This document shows positions 59,384-64,000 of a DNA stretch of 64,000 bases, piece after piece. The position numbers and the translations under genes are program-made. Numbering within the stretch: position 1 is the stretch's first letter; each line of letters starts with the position of its first letter. The stretch spans positions 4,416,001 through 4,480,000 of the forward strand of contig OZ271854.1 of assembly GCA_965601925.1 (NCBI GenBank), written 5' to 3'. Below the pieces are notes generated by a model. The model was given only the letters and a program-made list of their open reading frames with translations. It made no database searches and was not told where the DNA came from. Source of the stretch: Alkalispirochaeta sp. (lineage in GTDB: Bacteria; Spirochaetota; Spirochaetia; DSM-27196; Alkalispirochaetaceae).

Positions 59384-60736
59384 ATGAATGGATTCTACGT
59401 GTTGCTCGGACTGTACGCCCTCGCCGGGACGGGAGTGTCGATCGCGGTAATGCGCCGCAACAAAACACAAGGTGAATACTTCGTCGGGGGAGGTACCCTC
59501 GGATGGGTCGTCTCGGCTATGACCTACGCGGCCACCACGTATTCGGCATTCATGATGGTCGGCTTGGTCGGCCTATCCTACGCGACGGGAATCGGCGCTT
59601 TGATCTTTGAGGCGGTATATCTCGTTGCGACGGTCCTCCTCTTGTCGGTCTACGGCGGAAAGATCTGGGACATGGCGCGACACCACGATTTGGTATCGCC
59701 GATGGAACTGTTCGCCGTGCGATACGGACGCATCAGCGCACAAGTCGGAACGGTAGTCGCCTCGTTGGCACTCGTTCCGTACACCGCAGTACAGGTCATC
59801 GGGCTCGCGGTAATCCTGGAGGGTTTCGGCCTCGAGTACGGTGCCGGAGTGTTGTTTGCCGTCGCCGTTATCGGCGTGTGGACGCTTCTCGGTGGGCTGC
59901 GCGGCGTGGCGATAACCGACGCACTTCAGGGATTTTTCATGCTTGCGGTGGCGGTCGCCGCGTTATTCTGGGCGCAGGGAGAGTACGGTGCCGTCGAACT
60001 CTCTTCATTTCCCAACGACGTGTGGACGCCCCGCTTTTTCATCAACCTGACGCTTCCGTGGAGTTTCTTTGCACTCACCAATCCGCAGGTCGTGCAACGA
60101 CTATTCATGCTCCGCCGGCGCGAGGATTTGCGCAGTATGATTATCCTCTTTGCACTGTTCGGTGCGATTTTCACGGTGATCGTGACCTTCGTCGGATTTG
60201 CCGCCCAAGCCGGAACCGCGCAAGGCCTCTTCCCGCCGGTCGAAGATCGGGACCGCGTCATCGTCGAAATCATGACCGGTATGGGCCGCGCATTGGCACT
60301 CCCGCTGGCACTCAGCATCGTATTCGCATCGGTATCGACTGCAAACTCGGTCCTCTTGACCCTGTCGAGTATGGTTACCCGCGATATTCTCGGAACGCGC
60401 GACTCAACGATGCCGGGACGCGTCGTGATCATCGTACTTACCGCTCTTATCGGGCTGTTCGCCATGCGTCGACCGGCAACGTTGATAGAGCTCTCGGTCT
60501 CCTCATCGCGGGTCCTGATGGTCTTCCTACCCCTCCTCGCCGGAGTCTTTCATCTGAAGCGGGCGGGACGGTGGTCCGCACTCATGCCGCTGGTCGGCGG
60601 TTTTGCCGCGGTTCTGGTCGTAGAGCGCATCCTCCCCTCATATAGCTCACTCGTCTCTTTGGGTATTGCCGCGGCGTTGTTCGCCATAGGGCTCGTATTC
60701 GATCGCATTGAGCGCGCTGCGGCGCATCGCGGGTAG
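59384..60736 (+). CDS. Sodium:solute symporter family protein
   Basis: YFVGG, ATTYSAFMMVGLVG, GGLRGVAITD, ASVSTANS. Confidence 0.9.
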   Translation: MNGFYVLLGLYALAGTGVSIAVMRRNKTQGEYFVGGGTLGWVVSAMTYAATTYSAFMMVGLVGLSYATGIGALIFEAVYLVATVLLLSVYGGKIWDMARHHDLVSPMELFAVRYGRISAQVGTVVASLALVPYTAVQVIGLAVILEGFGLEYGAGVLFAVAVIGVWTLLGGLRGVAITDALQGFFMLAVAVAALFWAQGEYGAVELSSFPNDVWTPRFFINLTLPWSFFALTNPQVVQRLFMLRRREDLRSMIILFALFGAIFTVIVTFVGFAAQAGTAQGLFPPVEDRDRVIVEIMTGMGRALALPLALSIVFASVSTANSVLLTLSSMVTRDILGTRDSTMPGRVVIIVLTALIGLFAMRRPATLIELSVSSSRVLMVFLPLLAGVFHLKRAGRWSALMPLVGGFAAVLVVERILPSYSSLVSLGIAAALFAIGLVFDRIERAAAHRG

Positions 60737-60752
60737 TTGGGGGGCGCCGCGA

Positions 60753-61532
60753 CTACGGATTGCGTAGCAACCGCACGGTGAACTCCCCGCCGAAGTGGCA
60801 GGGATGCGCGATGGTCGCCTCGCGTCGGTAGACGCGGGGCGGGATACCGATATCGGCAACGAACAACTCTCCGCACTCCGGGGAGCCCATACCGGTCCTG
60901 GGAAAACCGAAGCAGATAGTCGCGTCGGCGACGACGTAGGCGTCGGCGGCGACGCCGGTCGTCGGATCGATCCCACTCGGCGTCTCGAGGGAGAGTATCG
61001 TACTCCCGCCCGACGGCTGCGTTCCACGCGGAGTATCGCGCGCCGCGCTCCGACACGCGATGAGAATCGGAATGGACCGCTCGATCGCCTCGATGTACTG
61101 TCCGCTGCGCAACACACCGGTAAGGGCGTCGATACACAATGATGGAAACTCGCGAACCGGATCGGAGAGCGTTTTTATCGGGACGCCGGCGTTCGAGCAG
61201 GTTCCGAGCTGTCGCGTCGCGACCTCTCTCGTCGGGGGAATGGGAAGGAGCACCTCTACGTCTCGGCCGTGATTGTGTAAATGACGTGCGACGGCGAGCC
61301 CGACCGCGCCGGTATACCCCGGTCCCGCGGCGACCAGGACGTGCCCTTCGTCGGTTTGTCGATCACCGATAAGCCGCCACGCCACTGGGAAAGCGCTACG
61401 CGCCGCGGTCTCGATCATTTCGGCCTCGGGAGGGGCCCCGATTGCCGCCGCTCTTGCCAGAAGGTCTGCGGCCTCGTCGGCCGTTATCGCAGAGACCGGA
61501 TCACCGGCGTCGCTCAGAAACAACCTCTGCAT
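60753..61532 (-). CDS. Stand-alone YjeF-N / NAD(P)H-hydrate epimerase-like protein with divergent active-site motifs
   Basis: MIETAA, GPGYTGAVGLAVARHL, IDALTG, ETPSGID, ADIGIP. Confidence 0.8.
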   Translation of the reverse strand: MQRLFLSDAGDPVSAITADEAADLLARAAAIGAPPEAEMIETAARSAFPVAWRLIGDRQTDEGHVLVAAGPGYTGAVGLAVARHLHNHGRDVEVLLPIPPTREVATRQLGTCSNAGVPIKTLSDPVREFPSLCIDALTGVLRSGQYIEAIERSIPILIACRSAARDTPRGTQPSGGSTILSLETPSGIDPTTGVAADAYVVADATICFGFPRTGMGSPECGELFVADIGIPPRVYRREATIAHPCHFGGEFTVRLLRNP

Positions 61533-61651
61533 AAAACATACAATAAGCCCACAACGCCCGGTATGTCCAGGAGAGCGCAACATGACGGACCGTGGGAGAA
61601 GCTATATAGTGAGAGAGCACACCGAGTAAGGGTACAACGGGAGGACGATCG

Positions 61652-61975
61652 ATGGACACGTTCGTTACGGCGCAAGAGATGGTGGAAAAACGGCCCACTG
61701 AAGGGGCGATAGGGCGCATCGTCCACGGTAACGGCATGACGGTCGCGCACTGGGAGTTCGAAGAGGGTACGGTGCTGCCGGAGCATGCACATCCCCACGA
61801 ACAGATCGCCCTCGTCGTCGAGGGCCGCCTGCGGCTCACCGTCGGCGGGCGGACGCAGACGTTGAAAGCCGGTGAGGCCGCGCTCATTCCGTCGAACGTA
61901 CGTCACGGTGCAACGGCGGTCACGCGATGTCGGGTGGTGGATTCATTCACGCCCAAGCGGGACGATCTGGTCTGA
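61652..61975 (+). CDS. Cupin domain protein
   Basis: PEHAHPHEQ...IPSNVRHG; GGGAGG SD. Confidence 0.9.
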   Translation: MDTFVTAQEMVEKRPTEGAIGRIVHGNGMTVAHWEFEEGTVLPEHAHPHEQIALVVEGRLRLTVGGRTQTLKAGEAALIPSNVRHGATAVTRCRVVDSFTPKRDDLV

Positions 61976-61987
61976 CGGTCGCCGGCG

Positions 61988-62620
61988 CTACTCTTCCCCC
62001 CGACGGCGGCTCGCGACTAACCGCTGGAGGTCGTGGATATTAGTCACGACGATCTTCTCGGCGAAGACTTCCAACCGCCGTTGGTTGGAAAACTGATTGA
62101 TTACCGTACGCACTTGGTCGGGTGAGAGTCCGGCCCAATTTGCGACGTCGTGGGCGGTGACGGCAAACTCGCACCGATCCTGATCCGGGTCCTTATTGGC
62201 CATCCCTTCGTAGAGCATGAGAAACACGTCGGCAACGCGCGCCTGAATATCGTCGAGTTTGAGAATCATGAATCGCCGTCGTTGATCATAGATGCGGCGC
62301 ACGAACGTCTTCAGAAGCGTGAGGGCGATTTGCGGATTACCCTGCATGAGGATTTCGAAATTCGCGCGGTTGAACTCGAGAAGGGTCACTTCATCCAGGG
62401 TGATAGCGCTGGCGCTGCGCGGCGCCTCCTCGAGGATCGCCATCTCGCCGAACAACTCTCCGGGGTGCAGAATGTCGATTGCCTTCTCGATATTACCCAT
62501 TACCTTGGTGATCTGCACTCGTCCTTCTTGAATCAGATAGAAGCTGTTTCCCGGTTCGTGCTCGCAGAAAATCATCTGATTCTTAGGAATCTTCTTTGCG
62601 AATCGATCGAATGCGCCCAT
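61988..62620 (-). CDS. Crp/Fnr family regulator
   Basis: GELFGEMAILEEAPRSASA cNMP pocket; C-terminal HTH. Confidence 0.9.
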   Translation of the reverse strand: MGAFDRFAKKIPKNQMIFCEHEPGNSFYLIQEGRVQITKVMGNIEKAIDILHPGELFGEMAILEEAPRSASAITLDEVTLLEFNRANFEILMQGNPQIALTLLKTFVRRIYDQRRRFMILKLDDIQARVADVFLMLYEGMANKDPDQDRCEFAVTAHDVANWAGLSPDQVRTVINQFSNQRRLEVFAEKIVVTNIHDLQRLVASRRRGEE

Positions 62621-62621
62621 G

Positions 62622-63638
62622 TCAATGCTCCAACTGCGCGAGGGCGCTGTCTATTTTCCGTTTGAGCGCCGGATCGTCGGCGACTCCCGATCGCGCCTTC
62701 GTAAGAAAGGCTCGTCCTTTTTGGGTATCGCCGGAGCGGCCGTAGCTTAAGCCGATATGGTAGAGCAGCTCGGCCATTTGCGGATGGCGCGGAGCCTCCT
62801 TCAAAAGCGCGGAATAGTGGCGTATCGTCAGCCCGTAGTCGCCCTTCTCGAAGTAGCTTCGCCCGAGCTGCACCTGCGCCTTGGACCGATACTCGCCCTT
62901 GGCATCCCGATCGATGACCAGCTTGAAGCCCTCGACCGCCTCGTCGTACTTGCCGTTGGCGAAACTACTTTCGGCCTCGAAAAAGAGCTGGCCGATCTCC
63001 GGAAGATCGGCGCGCGGTCGCGCCCGCCCCGCGGTGGACGAGGTCGAGCGAGCCGATTGGGCCGTCGCCGACTGCCCGGCGCGTTCGATCTGTTTGCGCG
63101 CCTCCTCGGCGTGTCGGCCGCCCGGATACAACTCCAGGTAACGCTTCCAGATATATCGAGCGTGATCGTACTGCCGATTCCGAAAGTAAAACTCTGCGCT
63201 CTGATGCAATCCTTCGGCGGAATCGATGACGTCGTCCTGGTTAAGCATCGACGAAACCTTCGAGTGGATGCGCCGCAGCTGACCCGAGAAGACCTTGAGC
63301 ATCTTAATGATGATTCGCGTGTTGGAAGATACCAGCGACTCGAACTCGGCGACACTGAATTGCACCACTTGCGCATCCGCGAGGACTACGGCGTCCTCCT
63401 CGCGCGGAAAGTGCCCGAGAGCGCTTTTGACCCCGAAGAACTCGCCGGTCTGGATGAGATCGTTTATATCCTGTCCGGTTTCGATATCTCGAGAACGGAG
63501 CACGACACGACCGGACTTCAAGATATAGACCCGATCATCGACGTCTCCCTGAAAGTAGATAACTGAGTCGGCCTTGTAGGCGACTGGCTTAGGCAAGGCT
63601 GCGGTCTCCTGCGAAAACTGTATCCGCTTGCCATGCAA
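62622..63638 (-). CDS. Cyclic nucleotide-binding + TPR protein (start uncertain)
   Basis: GEFFGVKSALGHFPREEDA; TPR repeats (YLELYP, QLGRSYF, LYHIGLSY). Confidence 0.85.
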   Translation of the reverse strand: MHGKRIQFSQETAALPKPVAYKADSVIYFQGDVDDRVYILKSGRVVLRSRDIETGQDINDLIQTGEFFGVKSALGHFPREEDAVVLADAQVVQFSVAEFESLVSSNTRIIIKMLKVFSGQLRRIHSKVSSMLNQDDVIDSAEGLHQSAEFYFRNRQYDHARYIWKRYLELYPGGRHAEEARKQIERAGQSATAQSARSTSSTAGRARPRADLPEIGQLFFEAESSFANGKYDEAVEGFKLVIDRDAKGEYRSKAQVQLGRSYFEKGDYGLTIRHYSALLKEAPRHPQMAELLYHIGLSYGRSGDTQKGRAFLTKARSGVADDPALKRKIDSALAQLEH

Positions 63639-63680
63639 AAATCAAGCCGATGGTTGCTCGCTCGCCTACCATTCAATAGT

Positions 63681-64000
63681 ATGAACGGCAGCATGGCAGT
63701 ATTGGAACGAATCGGAAAGCGCGTAATCGACCTCGCCCGCGGTTTTTCGTACGCCATGGGCTTCTTTTATCTCGTTTTGAAGGAGACCGTACTCTATCTA
63801 CGCCGACGCCAATCGCGCCGTGTGCTGACCTTTCAAATACTCTTTACCGGCGTGGAGGCGCTGCCGGTGATCAGCATTCTCTCTTTGGGTCTCGGCGCGG
63901 CGATTATCATCCAGTTGGTATCGTCGCTCTCGCAATTTCTTCAGGGGCAGATCGTATACGCCATCTTGATAACGATCATTACACGGGAATTGGGTCCGAT
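63681..64000 (+). CDS. mlaE: MlaE family ABC transporter permease, 3'-truncated by the window edge
   Basis: Own translation: ...LTFQILFTGVEALPVIS...ILITIITRELGP. Confidence 0.85.
   Translation, partial: MNGSMAVLERIGKRVIDLARGFSYAMGFFYLVLKETVLYLRRRQSRRVLTFQILFTGVEALPVISILSLGLGAAIIIQLVSSLSQFLQGQIVYAILITIITRELGP

Overview
GC-rich bacterial chromosome segment, most likely from a free-living Spirochaetota member (inferred from protein families, not checked by search). It is mostly scattered housekeeping and metabolic genes (pepF, pfkA, hisB, metH, AlaX, ldhA, recQ-like, queG, nth, kbl/tdh, hisC, fabH, mlaE) plus four tRNAs (Leu-GAG, Pro-TGG, Arg-TCT, initiator Met-CAT) with clear sigma70 promoters and terminators. 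I saw no transposase, integrase, phage, rRNA or CRISPR signature. Most notable: (1) an AT-richer variable region after tRNA-Pro/Arg (about 32.9-37.7 kb) with short genes, gene remnants and decayed attC-like elements; (2) a duplicated 3' end plus terminator of tRNA-fMet, enclosing two hairpins with the same ACA-CGA-TGT core; (3) about ten genes with a -10 hexamer 6-7 nt before the start codon, suggesting leaderless mRNAs; (4) a ClC protein whose selectivity-filter Ser and gating Glu are both replaced; (5) a WYL regulator divergent from an unannotated 69-aa ORF; (6) two uncharacterised exported enzymes (WD40-transglutaminase-TPR, and an HExxH lipoprotein); (7) readable operator/promoter architectures. 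All calls come from motif recognition by eye, and several starts are re-assigned relative to the ORF track.
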